Part shown: piece by piece, positions 21,342 through 33,461 of the stretch | How the letters are laid out: every line of letters starts with the position of its first letter | Numbering within the stretch: the first letter of the stretch is position 1 | From: Hormiphora californensis | Lineage: Eukaryota > Animalia > Ctenophora | Assembly: GCA_020137815.1 (NCBI GenBank) | Contig: CM035358.1 | Span: 744,001 to 808,000 of the forward strand | Direction: 5' to 3' | DNA: 64,000 nucleotides | Translations under genes and position numbers: made by a program | Notes under the pieces: model-generated | The model's input: only the letters and a program-made list of their open reading frames with translations | Told to the model about the DNA's origin: nothing | Database searches by the model: none

Positions 21342-21346
21342 GCTCT

Positions 21347-21391
<45 letters not shown>

Positions 21392-21392
21392 G

Positions 21393-21440
<48 letters not shown>

Positions 21441-24400
21441 GCCAATAATTTTACAAATGGTATTATTCAATGTATAATAATCTTTGTCGCTGAGCTGTGT
21501 AACATAGGTTCTCATAGGACCGAAATAATAATTCATAATAGTATACTCATTCCAACTACAGTCGGACTCCGATTTACCGGGATGCTCGGGGAAAGGCTTT
21601 GTCCGGTAAATCGGGGTGCCCGATATATTTGGTTCAAATACCGTTAATTACCTTTATCGGGGGAAGTTAATCTTCCCGGTAAATCGGGGTTCCGGTAAAT
21701 CGGGGCCCGGTAAATCGGGGCCTGGTAAATCGGGGCCCGACTGTACTGATAATTCTTCAGAAGGGTATCGGGCGATGTTATGGTAATTAACCAATCAATT
21801 ATTCGCGTGTTGTAATTCTTAGCAATCACACATGTATTGGTGTGATTTCTATAGCAGTTGTTTAGACTTTAGATGTTATACATAATATTGATAGAAGTTT
21901 AACTGAGACAATACATTATTAATCTTAGTTTGTCCATCTATCGACTAATTGATGATGATACTAATATCTAGCAACACATGAACTTTGTTTAGATATAACA
22001 AGAAAAATACCGCAAATTCTACATTTTGTATCATATATGACTCTATCGTCCCAAGTGGTAAATTCTCCAAAAACACCCATAATTCGGGCTAAAAAGGAGC
22101 TAAGAGACAAATCAGGGCACTAAAATGTGTAGAATCATCGCATTAGTGGGGGTAGGGCACATATTTAGGTCGCTATCTTGCCCGCTAATTGAGATAATTG
22201 GATAATTAGCTAATTCTCTGTCCCGTGTATGCTAATAAATGAAACTTTGCTTTGGGGAGGAGTTATGAGGCAAATGGGGGCACTAAAATGTGTAAAATCA
22301 TCACATTAGTGGGGTTAGAGCACATAGTTAGGTTGCTATCTGGACCCCTAATTGAGATAACTAGTAGGCCCGTTCGCCCTACGGGCGAATTTCGGGGAAA
22401 TGGTAGCTGGATTAGGGAACGCTGACATCACATGCACTTTCCGTTCCTAGCCTATCTCTCACTTTCTCCCTATCCATGTTGTTGTACGCTCTGGGCTTCC
22501 TGACAATGTCAAGGTGCGAATTTAAGAGATCAATGTCATGGAGGTGCAGTGCTGTTCCAGAAACTCATCACGTGAAAACTTCGCCGCTATGTAGCCGATT
22601 CGGAGATTTCTATATTCGACTGGAGTAATCACCCTTGCAAGGCCTTGGGCGACGTTGGGTAAAGCTATCCGTAGTCGTTGTCCGTTGATTGGCTCGCTTG
22701 AACACGTTGGCGTAATCTGTCATATATTCTCTAGCCTGCTCCCTGACAGCAGCAGATCTTCCGGACCCAGATGACCGTTGCCGAATAGCGCTTAGGGTGG
22801 AAGAGCTAGACATCAGGACAGAAGTAGAAGAATGCACGTGCAGAATTGAATTGGCCCTTGGTACCCAACTACAACCGGCAGATAGGTCTCCAAGTCCCTC
22901 TAATAATTGCACGTGCAAGTGTAGTTGCTAGGTGATGTAGCACTGACAATTTGAATAGTAAGTAGTATGATGTATGTAGCAGGAATTAATCGCATCTTTT
23001 AAACTTTAATTGTAGCACCCCATTTGAGGTTCTTGAGAAGCGGTGCCAACTTGCCTTGTTCGACCCTCCCTAAAAAGGTTTGAACAAAACAAGTGCTAAC
23101 TATTGTCTTCTTTGTGTCTGCCGAAAACAGATCTAAAGTTAGGTGGAGAACAAAGGACGCGTTGTGACGTCATGTAGCAAGACAACAACACGTTCTATTA
23201 TATTTTAGGAATGGAGAGGGAGCACGAGGCAGAAGATGATGGTGGGACCCCGCCTACCTCTCCTGACTCTACAAGGAAACAACACTCTCCTTTTAAAGTT
23301 GCACTTGCTGCTGCGGTCCCTTCACTTGTAAATGTTAACGTCAACAACCGGCGAGACATCTTCAAAATGGAAAAAGGCAAAGGTGACTTATATTTTCCTA
23401 GCATTTTAGAATTTCAAGTGTGTTCAAATTTCTTCTGTTTGACAGATGGCACGGCTAATATCCTATTGGCAAACGATTTAGTCCTAAATACTCTCTCTTT
23501 CTCTCTCCCTCTCTTTCTCTCTCTCGCTCTCTCTTTCTCTCTCTTTCCGCATGGCCACCACGCTTCTCATTCTCCTATCCCTACTAAGTACAAAAATAAT
23601 ATCATAACGCACACTAATTTAATAATTCCTATCCGGCCATTGGCTGGGAAGCCTTCTCCAACTCTCCCAATCTTTTCCTTTTTCACAACTCGAGAGAGCA
23701 TTATATGATCGTGATCTAACTCTGAGCTCTGTTCTAATGCCTCCACCACGTATTATACAACGTCCCTTCTCATCAGGGGTTAGTTTCAAGTATTCCGTGT
23801 TTATCCTCCTCGCCAATGCCCTCTACATCTATTGTGGTTCCCTGGTCTTCGTCTACTTTGAAGGTGAGCAGATTTGTTACTGTTGTTTGTGCCTAACCAT
23901 ATTGTTGGTGTGAGCATGGTTTATCAATTATTTTATTCTTTTGCCGCGTATATCTAAAGCGCTTCGTGTTTTCTATTGATTCAGGAATGTAAATCATCAA
24001 CACACAGCAAGGGCTAAGGTGTGTGTAGTTAAATTGTGTTCTAAGTGATGCCTCACACACACATAGAAACCCAGCAGTTGGCATGGTTTGGCATGGTCCA
24101 CTAACCTTCTTTCTTTCTATCTCTACAAACTGATCTTCCCATTCAGGTGCTGCAGAGTTGAAGGAGGCGAACCATGACTACGAGACCCAGCTACACCTAA
24201 TAGAGCACCTGGGTGATAGGGCAGAGGAACTTCTACCACAAGTCCTCCAACTGCAGGTATTATACAGTGCTGCAGGTGTATGTGGTGTTGGCGAAACTGT
24301 GTAGAGTGTAGTTTCGTGCCGTACCATGTCACCACAAAACTCTCCCTCTCCCTCTCTAACCACCCCACCTCAACAATTTTACTCCAACTCTTACCCAACT

Positions 24401-27400
24401 CTTACCTAACCACTCCAAATCTAACCACTCTCTCTCTAACCACCTCACCTCTAACCCCTTCACCTCTAACCACTCAACAGAAAGATATGTGTGTGAAGAG
24501 TAATGATGTGGAGGATGGTAAGTCGTGGAGGTATACCGGGTCTATAGCCTACTGTCTGTCTATCTTATCTACAGTGGGATATGGAGTGAACTCCCCCCAT
24601 GATACCTCATCCAGGTAGTTACCATTAGTTACCATTAGTTACCATTAGTTACCATTAGTTACCATTAGTTACCATTAGTTACCATGTTTGTGTAATGTTT
24701 GAATTAATTAGTGCACTATGTAGATTATAGATCGTGTCACGATCTTAGCCTCTAAGTCCATGATTGCCCTTCGTCTCCCCCAACCAGTCCCTAACTATCC
24801 CCCTTCTCCCCCAGTCCCTGACTATCCCCCTTCTCCCCCAGTCCCTGACTATCCCACCGCTCCCCCAGTCCCTGACTATCCCACAGCTCCCCCAGTCCCT
24901 GACTATCCCACCGCTCCCCCAGTCCCTGACACTATCCCCCTTCTCCCTCATTCCCTGACTATCCCACAGCTCCCCCAGTCCCTGACTATCCCCCTTCTCC
25001 CTCATTCCCTGACTATCCCACAGCTCCCCCAGTCCCTGACACTATCCCCCTTCTCCCTCAGGTTGGTGACTATGATCTACACAATATTCGCACTTCCCAT
25101 CTACGCAGTCTACCTATCCTACACCAACCGCCTCATCAGCCGCCTAACAACCCGGTGTGCCCGGTTCTTCATTGCCCACTGTCCCTGCGGTTGGAGCCGT
25201 AACGCCCGGAAGTGGGCCCGGACACGGGCACGCCACAAGTACGACCGACTGTACACGTGCACTACCACGTCCGTCAGTGAGCGGATATGTACAGGAAGCA
25301 CCCGAGTTGCGACCACTGTTCAGAGCAGTAGTGTGGAGGAGGGGAGTGATGTGGGGGAGGTGGAGATGGGGGATGATGGGAATATCGTGGATGCCAAGAC
25401 TATGGAGGTGATGTTGGAGGGGTTGATCTTGGATCTTGAGTCTATGGATAAGATTGTGATTGGTGTTGCAAATACACCACGTCGCGGGGTACGGCCATCC
25501 TCATGGGGAGATAAGATCATTAGTGACCAGGGGGTAACCAAGGTAACTGATGATAACAGTGTTACCATAGTAACGGATGGTGTTGATAAACCTTGTTACC
25601 ATGAAGATAACGGGAGTTTGACGGATACTGTGACTGATATGGTAACCATGGTAACTGATGAATGCCATGGCGACCAAGGCAACATGAGTAGTGATTCGGG
25701 TATTGACCAACCAGCGGGTGAAGATCAGGACGATAGGAAGAGTTCAGACAACATCCCGACATCATCCTCCCCCTCTCTAGGACAGCAACACGACCTGGCT
25801 GCAGACAGTGGGTATGACGTCACAACGGAGGGTAACAATGTTAGTTCGGTTGCCATGGTGACAACAAACAATCAGGATAGTGACTCAATTATTGAAGTTG
25901 ACGATCATCATACCTGCACGCATCCTACAGACACATCAGAATCAGTGGACCACACTGAATCTTCGTTATATCGATTGCAAAAATCTGAAGTGAGTGAGAG
26001 TCTAGACATTCTGCTACAGTGTACAATCTCCCGGCATTCAGAAGAAGAAGAAGAAGATGATGAGGAGTTAAAGAAGGAAGAGCTGATAAACCAACTGAAA
26101 CAAACATTCCCATTTCTTGTTATAAACTTTCTAGTCTCATTCACATTTCTCCTAGTCTACATGCTCCTACTTCTATTGTGGTGTGAGGTCCGGGAATCTG
26201 ATCAGATCTTGAAGGAGATGTACTGGCAGGTCATGTCTTTCACCTCTGTCGGGTTTGGTGATGAATTCAGGGACATTGACAGTATACCGACACACATTCC
26301 GCCCATTCTAAACACTGCTGCTGTTAGTTTTGTTATACTTCCACTGGGTATATCAATGTGTACCAACCTCTTTTATACAATCCAACAATTATCTGCTGAC
26401 CAGGGCAAGAAACTAAGGCGCTGTGTCCGGGGCAAGAGGTGAGAGAGAGATGAAGCAAGACTTTGTAAACCGATTAATTGAATGTTTGTGTTTTGAGATA
26501 AAGCTAAGGGTGAACAGTGTTCACTGAACTAAGCAAGATCGATAAAAAGTTTTCAGTTTTCAGTATTATATATTATGTGGGCTTGGGAACCGTATTACAA
26601 ATTCTGTTGATCATGTTTGCGTGCTTATTACAGTGGACTTTAACTCGATATAAATTCGTTTTGATAAAATCGGTAAATGGTTGTCTTGCTTACAATGGAG
26701 GGTGATGTACTTACGGGGTTTGGGGGGTGATAATGTACTTACGGGGGTCAGGGGGAGGAGATAATGTACTTACGGGGGTCAGGGGGAGGAGATAATGTAC
26801 TTACGGGGGTCAGGGGGAGGAGATAATGTACTTACGGGGGGTCAGGGGGATGTACTTATGGGGTTTGGGGGGGGTGGTAACCATGACAACTGGTGATGTA
26901 CTTACATCCAAAGAGAGTAGCACCTCCAGCACGGGGTGGTCCACCAAGAGGCCGGACTTTCTCCAACTCCCTCTCTCGTACCCTGAAAATGTTTTAAAGA
27001 TGTGGCCTGTGGGACAAGTTATTGATCAGGAAAGTGGGGGCCCGGAAAGTGTTAGTACAGAGTGTTTCTTGTTTGTTTGTCTGTCTGTTTGTCTGTTGGT
27101 GAGCATCAAACTTGTTGTCAAGTATCATTCCTCCCCTGAGGAACAAACACAAAACATGCAAAGGGGGGGGGGGGAAGCAGACACAATTCACACACATATA
27201 TATAAATCATGCATGGTTAGATGCTTGTAACATTCATCCAGGAGACATTATTATAACTGGGATCTGGTGTCCATTCATTTCAACAGACTACAGATCACAT
27301 ATATCTGGTGTTCATTCAATTCCAGCACCATAACGCACTTACAACACATGTATGGGGGTAAGCGTGGGCTTAGGTTTTGGCTTTCTTCGAGACTTGGGGG

Positions 27401-29628
27401 CACTACCCGCACTAAATGTTAACAAAGGTAAAACGAGGAAAACAATACAATATGTTATATGAGACATCTGCTTTGGAAGAAGATGGTCACAGGTAAGTAT
27501 ATAAAGAGACCACTTTCTAGTCCAGTGTAGTACTACATAATAAGAAAGTATACTAAGTTACCTACTTCTTAGTTTTGAGTAGCACGAGAAAGGACCTGAT
27601 TCGAGGCTCAACACAAACGGTGTAAAAGAAGAAACATCGGAAACAGTGCATTAGTTTAAACTTTTATAATTACCTCTCACTAGCCCTATCCTTAGCCATT
27701 TTACGGGCAGTTTTGGAGCCGAACGGCGCGTGAGGTGAGACATCTATTTTCTTAATCTCCATCACTTCACCCTCTTGATAGAATGAGTCTCTTCGTTCCA
27801 TCGTTCCCTTGTTAATAAGATGCCAATAATAATCTTCGCAGCAGTACATATACCTGTGATCGGGGTGTTAATTAGAGGTCCGATGTGTGTATAATAACAT
27901 TCCACACTCAGTGACTGCAGGACATGTCCCCACCCTATCTACCAGGTCCGACCTAATATTTATGTGTTTATAATCAGTATTACTAGGCATTATGTTGGGA
28001 TTTACTGCACTCACCCGTCACATGGTAGTTTGTCTTCATCTCCACACGTTCTCTCATCCTCCCTTGACAGTATGGGCGGGGGAGACTCCACTGAGAAATT
28101 GGACATGGCGTAGTCATCTGAGGAAATGTTTATGAAGGAGCACGAAAAACAATTTTAGTATGCTTTGGTACAAGGATAAATGTGTAGCGTGCCATAACAA
28201 TGTCATTTGTCTTCTGTTTGGTAGCCGGCAGCGTCTTAGCGATCGTCCTACCCTTGACCGAGGCGTCTCAGTGCTATGATGGGTGTTTGCAGTTTACTAA
28301 CGGAGTTATAGCTCAACAACACCAGTCTCTAGGAAGTCAGATATTTGATAATTATGGTTAGTAGATCCTCGTTTACCCAAACTTGTGTATTGGTATAACA
28401 GGTGAAGTAATATCTATATTTTCCCACAGAATCATGCCGTTCAAGTGACATAAAGACGTGCAAAGTCTCAAACGATACATCAGGTGAATCAGAATCCTGC
28501 GTCAGTTTTTCGGGTATTTTCAATGCAACAACGTTCCACCTCCCGACCAGTGATGCCTATGATATGAGCCTGAACTTTCATTACAGCGAATGTTTCCCTG
28601 CCTATCAGATGTCTGAATTCTTCTGCGATGTGATCGGGTACTACATCCAGGAACTACTAGAAGAACACATGGAAGGGGTAAATTGAACACTGATATATTA
28701 TACTCTCCTTGTAGCAGTAAAACCTCGATTTACAAGACCTCGACTTTGCAAAAACCGTCCACCGAGTAGTCTGGTAAATTGAGGTTTGACTTTGTTTTGT
28801 TCAAAACCCGTGCAATGCAAAGAGAGAGGGTCAAGTTAATCGACACTCCTCTCTCTCAGGTCACTATAGAACAAGTGCTGATAGAGTGCGGTAACAGCCA
28901 CGTATGTACTGATGAGAATTGCCTCCATCATGAAATCACCCATCACCAATCAGACACCTACATTGCGGAGGATGGATCTCAGGTGCTATTTTTAGTGCTC
29001 CTTGTCGCCTTGTTTCTTGTGGTAACATTCGTTTTAGGGAGGTGGTGCAGTGTAAAGACAGCAACAGGGAGGAACAACAGGGACTGTGAGATGGATATGA
29101 AACCTCTGCTGTCCAGTTCCCCCCTCATTGGAGCAGCTGCTGGAGATGTAGAGGATTGAATTACGATGTGTTACCATGGCAACCTTGTTGTTTCTCTCTC
29201 TTTCTCTCTCATCATGCACATGTACCTACCTTACAACACAACACAACAAACAGCTTTTACCTTTATCAATAACATCCTTGATTCCATAGGATGGAGTGGC
29301 AATGCTCTGAAAATGAAACGAAATTAATTCAAGTTATTTCAACTACCTCAAATCGTCTTTTTATGTAACGTAGCTAGTGAGGCTAACACCATCACATTAT
29401 TGTGTTACCATAGCAACCCACCTCTGGTTGCTGTGGTTTCTGGTTATCAGTTGAATCCTCATCATCACTAGCATCAGATAGTGGGGGTACAGGTAGCAGC
29501 TCAGTGTGACAGAAGGGACACATGTTACCACGCTCTGTTGTCGGGTCCACGGTGGGGAATCTGCGGAGAGAGTGAGCAGGGTGTGATTTGTGAGAGAGAG
29601 AGAGAGAGTGAGAGAGAGAGAGAGAGAG

Positions 29629-29706
<78 letters not shown>

Positions 29707-30882
29707 TATAGAAAAGGAGAGTAACAGAGAGGACGAGGAATCATATTTTAGCACGCAAATATGTTGGCCGACATGTTTAAAAACACACAAGCTCCATTCA
29801 CAAGCATCTCACACACACACTCGCTACCTCAGCACGAACTGAGAGTACACACATGTAGGAGATCTAAGGTTCTCTATTATTATACCCACACAAACTCTAC
29901 CACACAAGTTCACGATTAGATTGGCATGAGAGTAAACAAAAACTCTGAGCATCGTACGGTAGAAATGTCATCTCAACCAACTGGCAACACCACAGAGAAC
30001 AAACACTCGTACCTCCTAGCAGCGGACTCTAACCTTTCTGATAGTGGTTTAGGAGCAGGAACACTCTTCCTGACCCTGCTACTCTCCTTAATGTATTGAA
30101 GGATGGTAGGAGGTCCCACTCCCTCTAACTCGGATACTGCACTGTAACTGTCCTGGGAGTCCGCATCGTGCCACTCAGATCGAGACTCGTCACTCGTCAC
30201 TGGTGATGGATAATATGATTAGGGTTCTACTGTGTCAGATTTGTGAAATAAACAGTTTCAACAAGGTCAAAGTGTCAACAAGAAGTGCAAAAACATGTCA
30301 TTGGCCAGGTCGAGTTTCCTACAACTGAAAAAGATGAGCTGAGACATCTTACCGTGACTGTGGCCGCTTTCTTGAATGCTCACAGAATCCGTTTTAGATC
30401 CCGCCTGATCAGATGGGTGGGCTTCAGTCTCCCCCTCATATTCCTTGTGCTCCTGCTGCTCTCGTAACAAAGCGGGTGCTGAGGAACATTTATTGTTAAG
30501 ACTTTGCAAATAATTGCAAATAAACAGTATGACCAGGACTTCTATCGAGCAGAATGTGAAGCAGCCAGTGGCATGATCTAAACAGACTTCTCTTACCGCT
30601 AAGAGTACTAATAACTGGGAGGGGAGGGTAAGGTGAAATTTCCTCCGTCAGGTGCTGGGGTCGGAAAGAAGATATGGATGCATCGGAGACAAGGGATATC
30701 TCTGTTTGGACCTCAACCTCTACACCAACCTGGAAAAAGTAGGTTTTACAAAATTTAAAGACCAAAACCTTGATTAGCACACTTACAATTGGCGGGAGCC
30801 GTCGTGGGCTTCTTGGAGGTGTACTGGATCCTTCCCGGGATTTGGAGCCTGGTAAAATTTCTGGATCATCCCCTTGATCCAT
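11287..30882 (-). CDS. ERICH6: ERICH6/FAM194-family protein, 16 exons: 30787-30882, 30597-30729, 30353-30478, 30013-30199, 29422-29560, 29261-29306, 28015-28117, 27674-27853, 26906-26982, 19693-19799, 17715-17806, 16059-16155, 15664-15768, 15345-15473, 12833-13017, 12290-12345, plus terminal exon 11287-11351
   Basis: All junctions are GT-AG and phase-consistent. Family motifs: GPPTILQY, CPFC, YCCEDY, IDVSPHAPFGSK..AKDRASERVRERE, RQMKTINFALSSKKCLEDGWT, DGTGTCYYPSG, WRW..HVHAPPFQP. Confidence 0.85.
13003..13467. repeat. 37-bp minisatellite (~12.5 units) made of an ERICH6 intron/exon 3' splice junction
   Basis: The unit on the minus strand is ataaaccatcccccctccaCAG|ATCTCCCCCTTCCTG, i.e. the acceptor plus the first 15 nt of exon 12833-13017. 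Confidence 0.95.
13752..15214. mobile_element. Non-autonomous foldback DNA transposon, Chapaev/CMC-like
   Basis: 708-bp inverted arms (13752-14459, 14507-15214) with one mismatch noticed and a 47-bp spacer. Termini are CACGG...CCGTG, flanked by a 4-bp TSD ATTT. Confidence 0.85.
15863..16007. repeat. (GACA)n microsatellite
   Basis: Directly visible. Confidence 0.95.
16174..16323. repeat. 16-bp minisatellite (GGGAGATAAGATGGTT)n next to an ERICH6 acceptor
   Basis: About 9 identical units ending ~17 bp from the AG at 16156-16157. Confidence 0.9.
16501..17675. mobile_element. Non-autonomous Tc1/mariner-type element
   Basis: Roughly 190-bp imperfect TIRs ACGGGTGACAAC...GTTGTCACCCGT, flanked by TA on both sides. 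Confidence 0.8.
17067..17483. mobile_element. MITE nested in the element above
   Basis: TIR CTGTAAAACTAGA...TCTAGTTTTACAG with a TA TSD, inserted at the inner edge of the host's right TIR. Confidence 0.75.
21559..21743. mobile_element. pogo/Tigger-like MITE
   Basis: TA|CAGTCGG...CCGACTG|TA with internal GGTAAATCGGGG repeats. Same family as 58505-58676; decayed relatives at ~19822-19963, ~28714-28792, ~38063-38135 and ~40428-40510. Confidence 0.8.
22361..22390 (-). mobile_element. Helitron-like 3' terminus (other end not defined)
   Basis: The minus strand has a GC hairpin (GCCCGT-agggcga-ACGGGC), then CTA, then CTAG followed by T. Confidence 0.45.
23211..26442 (+). CDS. Two-pore-domain (K2P) potassium channel, ~627 aa, nested antisense in an ERICH6 intron; exons 23211-23382, 23777-23863, 24147-24256, 24481-24614, 25062-26442
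   Basis: M1 ALYIYCGSLVFVYFE, a cap region containing Cys, P1 W..TGSIAYCLSILSTVGYG, M2 IYTIFALP, P2 MYWQVMSFTSVGFGD and M4 FVILPLGIS. Phases are consistent. Confidence 0.88.
24616..24684. repeat. (TAGTTACCAT)n decamer array starting at a K2P donor site
   Basis: About 7 units beginning inside the donor GTAGTT at 24615. Confidence 0.9.
24785..25061. repeat. ~27-bp minisatellite of branch point/pyrimidine tract/CAG before the K2P last exon
   Basis: Units such as CAGTCCCTGACTATCCCCCTTCTCCCC end at the acceptor at 25060-25061. This explains the Pro-rich start of ORF 24760-26442. Confidence 0.9.
26704..26905. repeat. ~31-bp minisatellite repeating an ERICH6 donor GTAAGTACAT
   Basis: Five extra perfect GTAAGT copies and one decayed copy on the minus strand, downstream of the donor at 26904-26905. 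Confidence 0.9.
28200..29159 (+). CDS. Cys-rich type I membrane protein (~234 aa; Ly6/three-finger-like ectodomain), nested antisense in an ERICH6 intron; exons 28200-28356, 28430-28677, 28860-29159
   Basis: Signal peptide MSFVFCLVAGSVLAIVLPLTEA, then SQCYDGC. There are 10 ectodomain Cys ending CGNSHVCTDENC, a TM segment VLFLVLLVALFLVVTFVLG and a short tail. GT-AG junctions are in phase. Confidence 0.75.
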
Positions 30883-31742
30883 CTTGTGTTTCTCAGTTTG
30901 GAGTCATGAAGTTGTGTAATAATCTAAAGTTATATGATTGATTTTCAAAGTAGTGTTAGAGAAGGTCACACGGGAAATTAGCAACTCTATTAGGGACGGA
31001 ACTGGGCGTGGCCCTGTGCGTCCGGGGCCAGGGGCCGCAGCCAAGGTCGATTGGGGGTTGAAACCTCCACAAGTAGGGGCCAGGTACTGCGAGCCCCGGT
31101 AGGGATTTCGGAGGCGAAGCACCCCGGAAAGTTTGGGAAAGCCGGATTGACCGGTTCAACAAAATAAATCAGGGTACACAATCACTATACATTAAGTTGG
31201 CCCCGGAAAGTTGAAACACAAACAGGCTGAAAAACGAAAATCACGGCAAAATCAGAAAATTGTTGAAAAATTTCAAATCACATTTAATTCTAAATACGCC
31301 GCGCGAGTAGTGAATCGCGCGTTACATTTATTTTCTTATCTGGCAGCGCAGTTTTTCGTGAAACAAAGAGCCGCGCATAATAGTCCAATGTCCATTTGTA
31401 AAGTTTTCGACCGTGGGAAAGTTTTCAAACCGTGGAAAAAGAGAGCTTTGAAAAGCGCTGCCTTGTCCCGCTGCGGAGTGCGGGGCCAGGGCCCAGCAAC
31501 GTTTGCCAAAAGAGAGATACATACAATAACTAAGGGAGAAAAATGTCTCTCTCTTTCTTAGTTTTTGTATGTATCTCTCTTTCGAACACTTTCCCACGGT
31601 CCAAAAACTTTCCCGGGGGGGGGGGGGGGGGGGGGCGTGGGAAATACCGTAAGAGCTTCCACTATTGCGTTTTACTAAAAGACCCAAATAAAAAGTTTGT
31701 GTTGCCGTCGCCGAAAAATAAAATTTGTGGTTTACTCTTCCG

Positions 31743-32908
31743 GGGGGGGGGGGGGGGGTGACACGTAACACTTTGTAACACTTTGTAACATGTAACGTGC
31801 ACAAAAAATTTTCTGCACATGTTACAAAGTGTTACATAGTGTTACAAAGTGTTACATAGTGTTACAAAGTGTTACAAAGTGTTACATAGTGTTACATAGT
31901 GTTACAAAGTGTTACATAGTGTTACAAAGTGTTACATAGTGTTACAAAGTGTTACATAGTGTTACAAAGTGTTACATAGTGTTACAAAGTGTTACAAAGT
32001 GTTACATAGTGTTACAAAGTGTTACATAGTGTTACAAAGTGTTACATAGTGTTACAAAGTGTCACAAAGTGTTACATAGTGTCACAAAGTGTTACAAATT
32101 GTTACAAATTGTTACAAATTGTTACAAAATATTTACAAAATATATAAGACTGTTGGTGAATAAGTAATTTGAACGACTTTGGTGTCTTTCTAGAACACAT
32201 ATAAAAGTTTTAAATCATTTCTAGGGTTAAAACATACACTTTTTTACTAATTTGCGCATGTTTTGAGCCTCCGATGTCATCGACTGTGGAAATCAGGGCT
32301 GAAATAGTCCATTTGGTAAAGAAAAATATGAACTTTAGACAATGGTAAAGTTTTTAGAGTGATATTAAAAGTATTGTGCCTCTCAGAGGCCCCCAATGTG
32401 CTGAGTCACCTGTGAGTTGTGACCCAATCGACTTTTTTTCATTGGTAATCGATTCTTTGTACTCAATAAGATGATATACAACGTTTCTGTTGGAAAAAGA
32501 AATAAAATTTTTCCAAAATCAATTTTTTGGTCAAAGATTGAAAATTTGCTTCGCTACAAATCCTTGTGTTTTTGTAAATATTTTGTAACAATTTGTAACA
32601 CTTTGTAACAATTTGTAACACTTTGTGACACTATGTAACACTTTGTAACACTATGTAACACTTTGTGACACTTTGTAACACAATGTAACACTTTGTAACA
32701 CTTTGTAACACTATGTAACACTATGTAACACTTTGTAACACTTTGTAACACTATGTAACACTTTGTAACACTATGTAACACTTTGTAACACTTTGTAACA
32801 CTATGTAACACTTTGTAACACTATGTAACACTTTGTAACATGTAACGTGCACAAAAAGTTTTCTGCACATGTTACAAAGTGTTACAAAGTGTTACGTGTC
32901 ACCCCCCC
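31743..32908. mobile_element. Foldback element with modular TIRs built of TGTTACA(A/T)AG decamers
   Basis: Ends GGGGGGTGACACGTAACAC...GTGTTACGTGTCACCCCCC; inverted decamer arrays at ~31820-32130 and ~32583-32840; 8-bp TSD CTCTTCCG at 31735-31742 and 32909-32916. Confidence 0.85.
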
Positions 32909-33461
32909 CTCTTCCGACTTCCGTGTTGACTGTTGTCATGTTGGCATACATCATAGGCCCTCTACCCGTCCCCTCGTTGACTGTTGCACAGGCAGCATGT
33001 GCCGTTATGTCACCCACAGCGTTGAAATTTTGTTACTCAACAACTAAAATTTGGGTACATCGCTGTGCGAGGGCTGTTGAGGATGACAGAGTCACCTACT
33101 TTGGAGGAAGCAACGAATCTCGCTTCTTCCAACAGCAGAACTTGTGCCTATCGCCTCACTGAGGTCTGAGTTAGTGGTATCCACTGGTGGATAGAGGGCA
33201 TTATGTGCAAGTGTTTATCAATGACATATAACTCAACAGGCCTCTCAGGGAGAGCTGCAGAATATGTCGAGGAAGATATTTCTAGCGTTCGGAGGAAGAG
33301 AGAGAGAGAGAAATAATAATGCTACATTCTCTCCATCGCATTCACAGACTATCATGATCAACTCTCTCGCTGTTCAATGGGCTCAATGGAGCAAACATAA
33401 CGTTAGACACACTGTTATTGTATAGTGTCAGAGAATAAGGATCGGTTGATTGTATAAATTA

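Noticed and set aside
24760-25061. Pro-rich N-terminus of the 560-aa ORF
   Set aside because: It is an intronic minisatellite; the K2P exon begins at 25062.
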